DNA from: Acidobacteriota bacterium
GTDB taxonomy: Bacteria > Acidobacteriota > Thermoanaerobaculia > Gp7-AA8
Direction: 5' to 3'
Assembly (NCBI GenBank): GCA_019244185.1
Contig: JAFATB010000018.1
Span: forward strand, 147,300-211,299
Length of the DNA stretch: 64,000 nucleotides
The notes under the pieces are model-generated. The model saw only the letters and a list, made by a program, of their open reading frames with translations. It was not told where the DNA came from and searched no databases. Both the position numbers and the translations under genes were made by a program. Positions 9,938 through 20,599 of this stretch are shown here, one piece after another (the first letter of the stretch is position 1; every line of letters starts with the position of its first letter).

Positions 9938-10363
9938 ATGGCCCTTTTCTCCTCGACCAAAGATCCCGCTCCGTCCCGTCCCGTCGTCGGCACCGCCACG
10001 CCCGCATCCCAGGGGCCGACCATGCTGGGACCGAACGTGATCATCGAGGGAACGGTCACGGGATCGGAGCCGGTCTTCGTGGAAGGGACCGTGCGCGGCA
10101 GGATTCATCTGTCGAGCGATCTGGTGGTCGGGACGAAGGCGCGCGTCGAGGCGACGGTGCACGCGCGCAACGTGACCATCGAAGGAAGACTGACCGGCGA
10201 CGTGAGCGCCGACGACCGCGTGGAGCTCGTCGCCAGCGCGACCGTCGACGGCAACATCAAGGCGCCGAAGATCGTCGTGGCCGAGGGCGCGAAGTTCCGC
10301 GGCTCGGTCGACATGGGCTCGCGCGTGCCGCGCGACGAGTCCGCCCCCGCAAAAACGAAGTAA
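9938..10363 (+). CDS. Bactofilin (polymer-forming cytoskeletal protein)
   Basis: Repeating V/I-x-G beta-helix pattern ending AEGAKFRGSVDM. Confidence 0.9.
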   Translation: MALFSSTKDPAPSRPVVGTATPASQGPTMLGPNVIIEGTVTGSEPVFVEGTVRGRIHLSSDLVVGTKARVEATVHARNVTIEGRLTGDVSADDRVELVASATVDGNIKAPKIVVAEGAKFRGSVDMGSRVPRDESAPAKTK

Positions 10364-10393
10364 ACGCCCACCTCGAAACAAAGGAGCACGTTC

Positions 10394-11935
10394 ATGTCTG
10401 CAACCGCTACCACCTCGTTCGCGCAGGAGCGCGCCTTGCGCGAGCCGCGCGAATACTCGAACTACATCGACGGCGAATGGGTGAAGTCGTCGTCGGGCAA
10501 GGTCTTCGAGAACCGCAATCCGGCCAACGAAGACGATCTCGTCGGCACGTTCCAGGAGTCGAACGAAGACGATCTCAACGCCGCGGTCGACGCCGCGCAT
10601 CGCGCGTACGACGCGTGGCGCCTCACGCCCGCGCCGAAGCGCGCCGAGTATCTTTATCGCGTCGGCGACATCCTCAAGCGCGACAAGGAAAAGATCGCGC
10701 GCGAGATGACCCGCGAGATGGGCAAGGTGCTCGACGAGACGAAAGGCGATGTGCAGGAAGCGATCGACATGGCCTTCCTCGCCGCCGGCGAAGGCCGCCG
10801 TCTCTTCGGCGTCACCACTCCTTCCGAGCTCTCGAACAAGTTCAACATGGCCGTGCGCATGCCCCTCGGCGTGGCCGGTCTCATCACGCCGTGGAACTTC
10901 CCGATCGCCATTCCGGCGTGGAAGGGCATGGCCGCGCTGATCTGCGGCAACACGGTCGTCATCAAGCCGGCCTCGCTCACGCCGCTGTCGGTGATCATGC
11001 TGGCCGAGGCGTTCGAGGAAGCGGGACTGCCGAAAGGCGTGTGGAACGTGGTGACCGGCGGCGGACGCGAAGTCGGCGATCCGATGACGCGCCACGAGAA
11101 GGTGAAGGTGATCTCGTTCACCGGCTCGACGCAGGTCGGCCGCGACATCTCGGTCGCGTGCGCGCCGTCGTTCAAGCACGTCCACCTGGAGATGGGCGGG
11201 AAGAACGTGATCATGGTGATGGACGACGCGGACGTCGACCTCGCCGTCGACGGCGCGCTGTGGGGCGCCTTCGGCACGGCCGGCCAGCGCTGCACCGCGG
11301 CCTCGCGCATCGTCGTGCACAAGAAGGTGTACGAGCAGTTTGTCGACAAGCTCGCCGGACGCGCGAAGAAGCTGCGCGTCGGCAACGGCCTCGACGCGAA
11401 CGTCGACATGGGACCGAACGTCTCCGCCTCGCAGTTGAAGACGGTCGAGTCGTACGTGCAGATCGGCAAGGACGAAGGCGCGACGTGCGTGGCCGGCGGC
11501 AGCGCGCTGCGCGACGGAGACTACGCGAAAGGCTTCTTCCACCAGCCGACCGTCTTCGCCGACGTGAAGCGCGACATGCGCATCGCGCAGGAAGAGATCT
11601 TCGGGCCGGTGACGGCGGTGATCCCGTGCGACTCGCTCGAAGACGCGATCGCGATCGGCAACGGCGTGCGCTACGGCCTCTCGTCGTCGATCTATACGCG
11701 CGACATCAACAAGGCGTTCGCCGCGATGCGCGACATGTACACCGGCATCTTCTACGTGAACGCGCCGACGATCGGCGCGGAAGTGCACCTGCCGTTCGGC
11801 GGCACGAAGGAAACCGGCAACGGCCACCGCGAAGCAGGCGTGGCCGGCATCGACGTGTTCTCGGAGTGGAAGTCGATCTACGTCGACTACTCGGGATCGC
11901 TGCAGAGGGCGCAGATTGATACGGAAGACATTTAG
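10394..11935 (+). CDS. Aldehyde dehydrogenase family protein
   Basis: ITPWNFP, FTGST, LEMGGKN, GQRCTA, EEIFGPV and PFGG motifs; AAGGAG RBS. Confidence 0.95.
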   Translation: MSATATTSFAQERALREPREYSNYIDGEWVKSSSGKVFENRNPANEDDLVGTFQESNEDDLNAAVDAAHRAYDAWRLTPAPKRAEYLYRVGDILKRDKEKIAREMTREMGKVLDETKGDVQEAIDMAFLAAGEGRRLFGVTTPSELSNKFNMAVRMPLGVAGLITPWNFPIAIPAWKGMAALICGNTVVIKPASLTPLSVIMLAEAFEEAGLPKGVWNVVTGGGREVGDPMTRHEKVKVISFTGSTQVGRDISVACAPSFKHVHLEMGGKNVIMVMDDADVDLAVDGALWGAFGTAGQRCTAASRIVVHKKVYEQFVDKLAGRAKKLRVGNGLDANVDMGPNVSASQLKTVESYVQIGKDEGATCVAGGSALRDGDYAKGFFHQPTVFADVKRDMRIAQEEIFGPVTAVIPCDSLEDAIAIGNGVRYGLSSSIYTRDINKAFAAMRDMYTGIFYVNAPTIGAEVHLPFGGTKETGNGHREAGVAGIDVFSEWKSIYVDYSGSLQRAQIDTEDI

Positions 11936-13292
11936 CCTCGCCGCAACATTCATCTGCGCGGGCGCCCTGGCACTGCCGGCGCTCGCGCAGAGCGACGCCG
12001 ACCGCGCGATTGACTACGAGCTCGCGAACTCGCGCGCGTACGACACGCTCGAATACCTCACCGACAACATCGGCCCGCGCCTCTCCGGCTCGAAGGGCGC
12101 CGCGCTCGCGGTGACGTGGGCGACCAAGCAGTTGCGCGCGATGAAGCTCGACGACGTGCGCAACGAGCCGGTGATGGTGCCGCACTGGGTCCGCGGCGTG
12201 GAGCGCGCAACACTCGTTTCGCACAACGATCAGAAGATCGTGCTCACGGCTCTGGGCGGCAGCGTGGCCACGCCGGAGAACGGCATCACGGCGGACGTCG
12301 TCGAGGTGTCGTCGTTCGAGGAGCTCGATCGGCTCGGACGCAAGGTGGCCGGCAAGATCGTCTACTTCAACAATCCGATCGACATGTCGCTGGTCGAGAG
12401 CGGCCGTGCGTTCGACGCGTACAGCAAGGCGGTGGAGTTCCGCGGCGCGGGACCGTCGCACGCGGCGCAGTACGGCGCGGTCGCGGCGCTGATCCGCTCG
12501 GTCGCCTCGGCGTCGCTGCGCTCGCCGCACACCGGCTCGCTGCGCTACGACGAGAAGCAGCCGAAGATCCCGGGCGCCGCGCTCAGCGTCGAGGACGCGC
12601 TCCTCGTGCACCGGCTCCTCGCGAAGGGCGAGCGCGTGCGCATGCATCTCGTCCTCACGCCGCGCACGCTGCCCGACGCGCCGTCGTTCAACGTGGTCGC
12701 CGAGATCCGCGGCAGCGAGCGGCCGAACGAGATCGTGCTCATCGGCGGACATCTCGACTCGTGGGATCTCGCCACCGGCGCGATCGACGACGGCTCCGGC
12801 GCCGCGATGTGCATCGAGACGATGCGCGTGCTCAAGGAGCTCGGCATCAAGCCGAAGCGCACCATCCGCGCGGTGCTGTTCATGAACGAGGAAAACGGCC
12901 TGCGCGGCGGCCACGCGTATTTCGATGCGGCTGCGAAGCGCGAGGAGATCGCGAAACACGTCGCGGTGATCGAGACGGACGCGGGCGCGGCGACGCCGGT
13001 CGGCTTTACGACGACCCTCGAAGGCAGCGCGCTCGCGAACTTCACGCGCGCCGCGGCGCCGCTCAACCGCATCGCCGCGCCGCTGACGTGGGAGAGCTCG
13101 CGCCACACCGGCGCTGATACCTCGCCGCTCACCGACGCCGGCGTGACCGGCTTCGGCCTCACGCCCGACCCGCGGCATTACTTTGATTTCCATCATTCGC
13201 CCGCGGACACGCTGGACAAGGTCGATCCGCATCAGCTCGCGCAGAACACGGCGGCGATCGCGGGACTCGCGGTGTTGCTCGCGAATCAGTAG
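11916..13292 (+). CDS. M28 family secreted metallopeptidase (carboxypeptidase Q-like)
   Basis: Signal peptide; [29 protein letters not shown] and HHSPADT. Confidence 0.88.
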   Translation: MIRKTFSLAATFICAGALALPALAQSDADRAIDYELANSRAYDTLEYLTDNIGPRLSGSKGAALAVTWATKQLRAMKLDDVRNEPVMVPHWVRGVERATLVSHNDQKIVLTALGGSVATPENGITADVVEVSSFEELDRLGRKVAGKIVYFNNPIDMSLVESGRAFDAYSKAVEFRGAGPSHAAQYGAVAALIRSVASASLRSPHTGSLRYDEKQPKIPGAALSVEDALLVHRLLAKGERVRMHLVLTPRTLPDAPSFNVVAEIRGSERPNEIVLIGGHLDSWDLATGAIDDGSGAAMCIETMRVLKELGIKPKRTIRAVLFMNEENGLRGGHAYFDAAAKREEIAKHVAVIETDAGAATPVGFTTTLEGSALANFTRAAAPLNRIAAPLTWESSRHTGADTSPLTDAGVTGFGLTPDPRHYFDFHHSPADTLDKVDPHQLAQNTAAIAGLAVLLANQ

Positions 13293-13314
13293 CGTTCGAA
13301 TCAAGTTGCAAATG

Positions 13315-13343
13315 AAAAAGCCCGGCCTCGCGGCCGGGCTTTT
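13315..13343. terminator. Bidirectional intrinsic terminator
   Basis: AAAAA-GCCCGGCC-TCGC-GGCCGGGC-TTTT between convergent genes. Confidence 0.85.
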
Positions 13344-13366
13344 CGTTGTGCGAGTCGTGTCGCGGA

Positions 13367-16300
13367 TCAGAAGCGCAGGCCGACCGCGAAGCGGTACGTG
13401 CGCGGGGTCTGGAAGCCCTCTTTCGTCACCGGCTTGCCGAAGTTCGGGCCGAGCTGGTAGTTGGCGTGCAGCGCCGTGCAGTCCGCCGCCGCCGCGCCCT
13501 GCGGGCACTCGATCGGCGTGTCGGTGTACGGGTTGAACGCGACGAGGCCGGACGCGGCGCCGTTGGTGCGGCGCGTGCGCACGGTCGTGTCGATGCGGCC
13601 GAGGAAGATGTCGTTCGCGTTGTCGGCGTTGAAGATGTTCAGCACCTGGCCTTGCGCGAAGAGCTCGACGCGGCTCACCGGGATGGAGAAGTTCAGCGCG
13701 AAGTCGGTGGCGCTCACGGCATCGGTGCGGAACTCGCCGCGCTTGCTGAAGTAGTAGTTGTGCTGGTTGCCGAGCTGCGAGAGCGTGTAGCCGGGATTCG
13801 CCGGCGAGCCGGTGAACGGCGTGTTGCGTCCCGATGCGTCGATCGTGCCGATGGCGGAGTACGCGCGGCCGGAGTCGTACGACTGGATCAGCGACGGCGT
13901 GAGCTTGGCGACGCCGAGGTTGAAGTCGTAGCCCGCCCACACGCGCGCGCGGTGGCGCTGGTCGCCTAGGAGATAGCCGCTCGGCTGGCGGTTCTCGTAG
14001 TTGAGGTACTCGGGATAGAACTGTCCGAACGTGTTCGTCACCGCCGCGGTGCCGTCGCCCTCGGGCACATCGTTGCCGGTGAGCTTCGACCACGTGTAGC
14101 CGCCGCCGAGGTTGAAGCGGTTCGGGCGCCAGTTGAACTGCAGCTGCGCGCCGCGGTACTTGCGCGAGAGGTTGTCGTCGTCGTTGACGAGGATTGCGCG
14201 GTCGCCGGTGACCGGCGCGCCGTTGACGGGATTGACGCCGGTGAACGTGCCGGTGCCGAGGTCGAGGCGCGTCGCGTAGAAGTCGTGCCAGTCGCGGTCG
14301 ATGAAGTCGACGCGCGCGTACGCACGCGGCGTGATCTGCGTGCCGAAGCCGAGCGCGATCTCACGCACGTACGGCGACGAGATCGGGCTGTCGACCTGCG
14401 TCGTGAGACCGGGGATCGTCGACGAGATGAGCGCGGCTGCGCGCTGGTTGGCGGTGAGGCTGTTGTACCAGTTGAAGAGGATCGCCAGCGCCTGCGGCGT
14501 CGCGACGAGCGAGCCCGCGGGCGTGCCGGCGGGATTCACGACCGGACCGCCGTACGCGAAGTTGAACGCGGCGGGGTTGCCGGCACCGGCCGCGCCGCCG
14601 CCGACGTTGCCGTCGACGATCTTCGAGACGTAATGGCTGTAGCTCGCGCTGACGCGGTACTTGCCGTCGCCGGTGACGTCGAAGATCGCGCCGAGGCGCG
14701 GGCTGAACGCGCTGTCGTCGGAGACGACGTTGCCGCTCGCGTCGACGGCGTTGTTTTTGTCGTAGCGCACGCCGACGTTGAAGCTCCAGTGCTTGTTGAA
14801 GTCCCACTTGTCGTTGATGAACGCGGAGCGGGTCTTGAGGTCGCTGCCGTTCGAGAGCGCGAGGATCGGACGGTACGTGACCACGGTCGCGCCGTCGAAG
14901 CGCGGGAAGATCTGGTCGGTCGACGTGCCGGTCATGATGGCCGTACCGGTGCTCGTGATCTGGTACTGGCTGGCGGACTGGTAATTGTTGACGAGGCGCG
15001 TCTCGTGGTACTGCTCGCCGCCGAAGACGACGCTGTGCGTGCCCATCGCCTTCGTGTTCACGAAGTACGTGGCCTTCGCAACGGCAGAGTCGTTGTCGCG
15101 GCGCTCCGGCGTGCAGACGCCGCAGAACACCGGCGCGTTCCAGCGCGCGTTGGTGTCGGCGACCCACGTGCCGCGGATCTGGTCGGTGTAGATGCCGCCG
15201 CTGTGCACGAACGCGTACTTCTTGCGCGAGTACTGCCCTTCGATGAGCAGGTTGTTGGTGATGACGCCGTTGTAGCTCGCCGCGGCGAGCGAGTTCGGGA
15301 GCTCGCGCGCGGCGACGATGCTTTGCTGGTCGTAGATCGGCGCGAAGAAGTTGTTCGACTCGGTGGTGTTGACGTCGAGATACGAGAGCACGACGGAGTG
15401 CTGCGGCAGAATCTGCGCGGTGAGCTTGCCTTCCCAGCGCTTCTCGTCGAGCGTGTTGAGGAAGGTCATCGGCGAGACGGACGCGCTGGAGGAGACGGTC
15501 GAGCCGGTCGGGTCGATGCCGACGGCGGGCGCGCCCGAGGCCTTGCGGCCGGCGCCGAAGAACCAGAGGCGGTCGCGCAACGCGAAGCCGCCGAGCGTGC
15601 CTTCGTAGACGCTGAGGTTCTTGTCGATGTGATCGGCGGTCTCGATCGGCGTCTTGGCGATCCACGACGCGTTGTTGAGCGTGTCGCGGAACGAGCCGCT
15701 GAACTGGTTTCCGCCCGACTTCGTGATCGTGCTGACCACGCCGCCGCCGAAGCGGCCGTATTCGGCGGAGACCGCGCCGGTGAGCACGGTGGTCTCCTGG
15801 ATGGCGTCCTCGATGAAGAGGTTGTGCGGCTGGCCGCGCAGGTTCTCGTTGACGGTAACGCCGTTAACCAGGAAGAGGTTGTCGTACGACGTGCCGCCCG
15901 AGATCATGATGTTGTCACGCGCGCCGTTGTTGTTGACGCCAGGCGTGAGCACGACCGTGTCGGTGATGTTGCGGCGCACGGGGAGGAGTGAGATCTGCTC
16001 GGCCGTGTAGTTGCGCGCGATGTCGGTCGTCTCGAGGACGGCCGGCGCGGAGGCGGTGACGGTGATGGCCTCGCTGACGGAGCTGACTTTCAGATCGGCG
16101 TCCGCGCTGGCGTCGCTGGCCAGCGTCACCGTGACCTGCTTCGTCACGCGCTGCATCCCCTCGAGATCGAAGGTGACGCTGTACGGACCGGGAGGCACGG
16201 CCGGGAAGCGGTAGCCGCCGCCCTCGCCGGTGGTCGCGGTGCGCGTGCCCTGCAGGACGGGCGAGGCGATGGTCACCGTCACGCCGGGCAGCGGCTTGCC

Positions 16301-16399
16301 GTCCGTGGTGACGGTGCCGCCGAGGGAACCGGTGGTGCCCTGGCCGAACAAAGGAATTGCAAGCAACAGCGTGCAGAAAAGAATGGAAGCCCTACGCAT
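13367..16399 (-). CDS. TonB-dependent receptor (Oar-like, N-terminal carboxypeptidase-regulatory-like domain)
   Basis: Signal peptide, PLPGVTVT, plug motif SAEYGRFGGGVVSTITKSG, RLWFFGAG, C-terminal beta strand ending in F. Confidence 0.9.
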   Translation of the reverse strand: MRRASILFCTLLLAIPLFGQGTTGSLGGTVTTDGKPLPGVTVTIASPVLQGTRTATTGEGGGYRFPAVPPGPYSVTFDLEGMQRVTKQVTVTLASDASADADLKVSSVSEAITVTASAPAVLETTDIARNYTAEQISLLPVRRNITDTVVLTPGVNNNGARDNIMISGGTSYDNLFLVNGVTVNENLRGQPHNLFIEDAIQETTVLTGAVSAEYGRFGGGVVSTITKSGGNQFSGSFRDTLNNASWIAKTPIETADHIDKNLSVYEGTLGGFALRDRLWFFGAGRKASGAPAVGIDPTGSTVSSSASVSPMTFLNTLDEKRWEGKLTAQILPQHSVVLSYLDVNTTESNNFFAPIYDQQSIVAARELPNSLAAASYNGVITNNLLIEGQYSRKKYAFVHSGGIYTDQIRGTWVADTNARWNAPVFCGVCTPERRDNDSAVAKATYFVNTKAMGTHSVVFGGEQYHETRLVNNYQSASQYQITSTGTAIMTGTSTDQIFPRFDGATVVTYRPILALSNGSDLKTRSAFINDKWDFNKHWSFNVGVRYDKNNAVDASGNVVSDDSAFSPRLGAIFDVTGDGKYRVSASYSHYVSKIVDGNVGGGAAGAGNPAAFNFAYGGPVVNPAGTPAGSLVATPQALAILFNWYNSLTANQRAAALISSTIPGLTTQVDSPISSPYVREIALGFGTQITPRAYARVDFIDRDWHDFYATRLDLGTGTFTGVNPVNGAPVTGDRAILVNDDDNLSRKYRGAQLQFNWRPNRFNLGGGYTWSKLTGNDVPEGDGTAAVTNTFGQFYPEYLNYENRQPSGYLLGDQRHRARVWAGYDFNLGVAKLTPSLIQSYDSGRAYSAIGTIDASGRNTPFTGSPANPGYTLSQLGNQHNYYFSKRGEFRTDAVSATDFALNFSIPVSRVELFAQGQVLNIFNADNANDIFLGRIDTTVRTRRTNGAASGLVAFNPYTDTPIECPQGAAAADCTALHANYQLGPNFGKPVTKEGFQTPRTYRFAVGLRF

Positions 16400-16532
16400 C
16401 TCTCCTCCTCAAGAAAAGGGGTTAGGGGCACCTGACTTGGACGATGGCGCTGATGGTCGCACAAATCCGGCCGGAAGTAACGAAACAGTCACAATTCCGG
16501 GCCGGCATGCCGCGCCGAACGATAGAAGGGCA

Positions 16533-16605
16533 GCCGCACGTGCGGATAGGCTGTGCCCTTAGCGCAGTCGGCCGCGCCGACCGGCCGCCCCGGCCCGCCG
16601 GAGGC
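16533..16605. repeat. Dispersed intergenic element, copy B (with 13-nt internal duplication)
   Basis: Aligns to 4612-4671; same orientation relative to the downstream minus-strand gene. Confidence 0.75.
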
Positions 16606-16622
16606 GCTCCGGGAATCCCGCG

Positions 16623-18343
16623 TCAAAGGCGCACGCGTAGCCAGGCGCGCAGCGCGCGCGGGCCGCGGCTGGCGAAGACGTTCGTGGCGTCGGCGGCGGC
16701 CGTGAGATGGACCGCTTTGATGGGGACGATGTAGCGCAGCGCGAGATCGGTGGCGAGCGGTGCGTGCGCGATGACCGCGAGGTCGCCGTAGCGTTCGAGC
16801 ACCGTGACTCCGATCTCCTGCTCGCCGATCGGAAGCGCGGCGCCGAGCCACGCGTGCGCCAGATGCCGCGGCGCGAACAGCGGATACTCCGGATCGGTAT
16901 CGGCGAACGCGTAGTTCGCGCCCGCCTCGATGCGGTCGAAGAGGCGATAGTTCATGTCGAACTCGACGGCGTTTGCGTCGACGCCGTCGAAGTCGCGGTG
17001 GATCGCATCGATCCGCGCGGAGCCGGCCGCGCCGAGCGCGGTGGCGAAGCCGAGTGTCGTCTCCTGATTGCTGGGATCGTGGCGGTAGCTCGCGACCACC
17101 GCGCGGCGTCCATCGCCGAAGAAATCGTACGATGCGAAAAGACGAGTGGAGACGTCGTCATCGTCGGAGCGAACCCCGGCGTCGATGGTGAACCGATTGC
17201 GCGACCAGCGGTCGGCCGCGAACCAGGCGGTCGAGGATGCATGGCGCATCGCATCGACGCCGCCGCGCAGCACGTGATCGCCGGCGGCATACGACGCCTC
17301 GCCGAACGCGCCGTCGTACCCTTGCCCATCGAGGATCTGCCGCTGAACGAACGTCTGGATCGTCAGGCGGGGATCCGGCACCGCGATGTAGTTCGCGCTG
17401 AGCTGTCCTTCGTCCGCCCGCGAGCCGCCGCTGAGGTTGCCCTCGCCGTGAATCGCGGTGGCGACGACGTTCTGCCGCGCGCCGAGCTGGCCGCTCAGCT
17501 TCAGCTCGTACCCCTTCTCGTCGCGGATGGCCACGTCCGCACGATCACCGCCCCAGCCGGCCGCGAAGAACCAGAGGCGTTCCGGCAGCAGATGATCGCC
17601 CGCCGCCACCTCGAAGCGATGCTCGAGTCCACCGCCGCCGGTCGAACCGCCGATCCAGTTCTCGCTGGTGATGGTGTCGCGGATCGAGAGAAAGAGGTTC
17701 TCGCTGCCGGAACGCGTGAGCGCGGCCACGGATGAGCCGGTGGCGCGGCCGTATTCGATCGGCAGCGCGCCGCGCAGCACGGTCACCTGCTCGATCGATT
17801 CTTCGCCGATGAGCGTCGCGTTGTAGAGCAAGCCGTCGTCGACGGTCGAATAGAAGGACGGCAGCGGATCCGGTGCGATGGCTTCGACCGACGGCGGATC
17901 GCGACGCACGGGCAGGCGGTCGAGCGCGAGATCGGAAAAGTGCGTGGTGATCGGCTGCGTGTCGGCGACGCCGACGGTGACGGCGGTCGACGTCACGCTC
18001 TCGCCTTCTTCGCCCGGCGTGAGCGTCGCGTCGGCGCGCGCGACGCGCGCGAGCTCGACGGTCGTGCGGCGCGTGAGCGTGACGAGTCCCGTCTTCGCGA
18101 ACGTGACGTCGTAGACGCCGGGCGGCAGCGCGCCGAGCCAGTAGCGGCCGTGCGCGTTCGTCGTGGTCGTGCGCTCGTGCTGCAGCGCCTTCGACGTCAC
18201 GGTCACCGTGACGCCGGCCGCGGGCGCGTTCGCGCTGCGCACGATGCCGGCGATCGCGGACGTGGTGACGACGGCGGCGCGCAGCGCCGGCGTCGTCGGA
18301 ACGAGGGCGAGAGCGAAGAACAGCGCGGCGAGGACGCGTCGCA

Positions 18344-18344
<1 letters not shown>
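16623..18344 (-). CDS. Short TonB-dependent receptor-like outer membrane protein
   Basis: Signal peptide, carboxypeptidase-regulatory-like N-terminus, EYGRATG-TRSG and RLWFFAAG shared with the neighbouring receptor; only 573 aa. Confidence 0.7.
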
Positions 18345-20020
<1,676 letters not shown>

Positions 20021-20043
20021 GGCGCGGGATTCTATCCGTAAAC

Positions 20044-20072
20044 AAAAAAGCCGCGGCGCTGGCCGCGGCTTT
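20044..20072 (-). terminator. Intrinsic terminator of the 146-aa gene
   Basis: GCCGCGGC/GCCGCGGC stem followed by a T6 tract on the minus strand. Confidence 0.8.
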
Positions 20073-20094
20073 CGTCGTTCGTCGATGCGAAAAC

Positions 20095-20535
20095 TTACTG
20101 CTGCTGCTTGGGAAGATAGCGCGCGATGGCGTCGTGCGCGTCCGATTCCGGGATCGGCGTCGCGGACGAGACGTCCCACTTGAAGTTGAGCGTCGACTGT
20201 CCCGCGTCGAGCGTGGACTGCCCGATCTGCACGCCGCCGTTGCCGTAGAGCGTGAGCGTGACCGACACCTCGAGCGGCGGGCTGACGAGCAGCTGACCCG
20301 CGACGACCGGCGAGTGCGTAACGATGAGCAGCGACCCGCTGATCGCCTCGCAGGGCGGCATCTGCAGCTGCGCCACCTGCGGGTAGATGACGACCGTCGT
20401 CGTATTCGCGCCCGTGGGCTGGAAGGTGAATCCTCCCTGCGAGATCTGGAGCTCGGGAGCGGGTGAGATCGTGCAGTAGGCGTTGTGGCCGGTGCGGGCC
20501 GCGGCCATCGTCAGGCTGAAATAACCACTCGACAT
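20095..20535 (-). CDS. Hypothetical protein (146 aa, beta-rich)
   Basis: Strong RBS AGGAGG before the ATG, own terminator, fills the intergenic gap; no family recognised. Confidence 0.7.
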   Translation of the reverse strand: MSSGYFSLTMAAARTGHNAYCTISPAPELQISQGGFTFQPTGANTTTVVIYPQVAQLQMPPCEAISGSLLIVTHSPVVAGQLLVSPPLEVSVTLTLYGNGGVQIGQSTLDAGQSTLNFKWDVSSATPIPESDAHDAIARYLPKQQQ

Positions 20536-20599
20536 GATGTCCTCCTCTCTTTTTTGAAGCGGAGGCGGCAGGATAGCACGCGGCAGAGACCGACTGCCG

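Noticed and set aside
8647-11919. Very long alternative-frame and antisense ORFs (for example 8647-11919, 28160-31483, 20603-23209, 4185-6545, 35839-38271)
   Set aside because: They shadow well-supported genes, are R/A/G-rich with no motifs, and are expected from stop-codon scarcity at high GC
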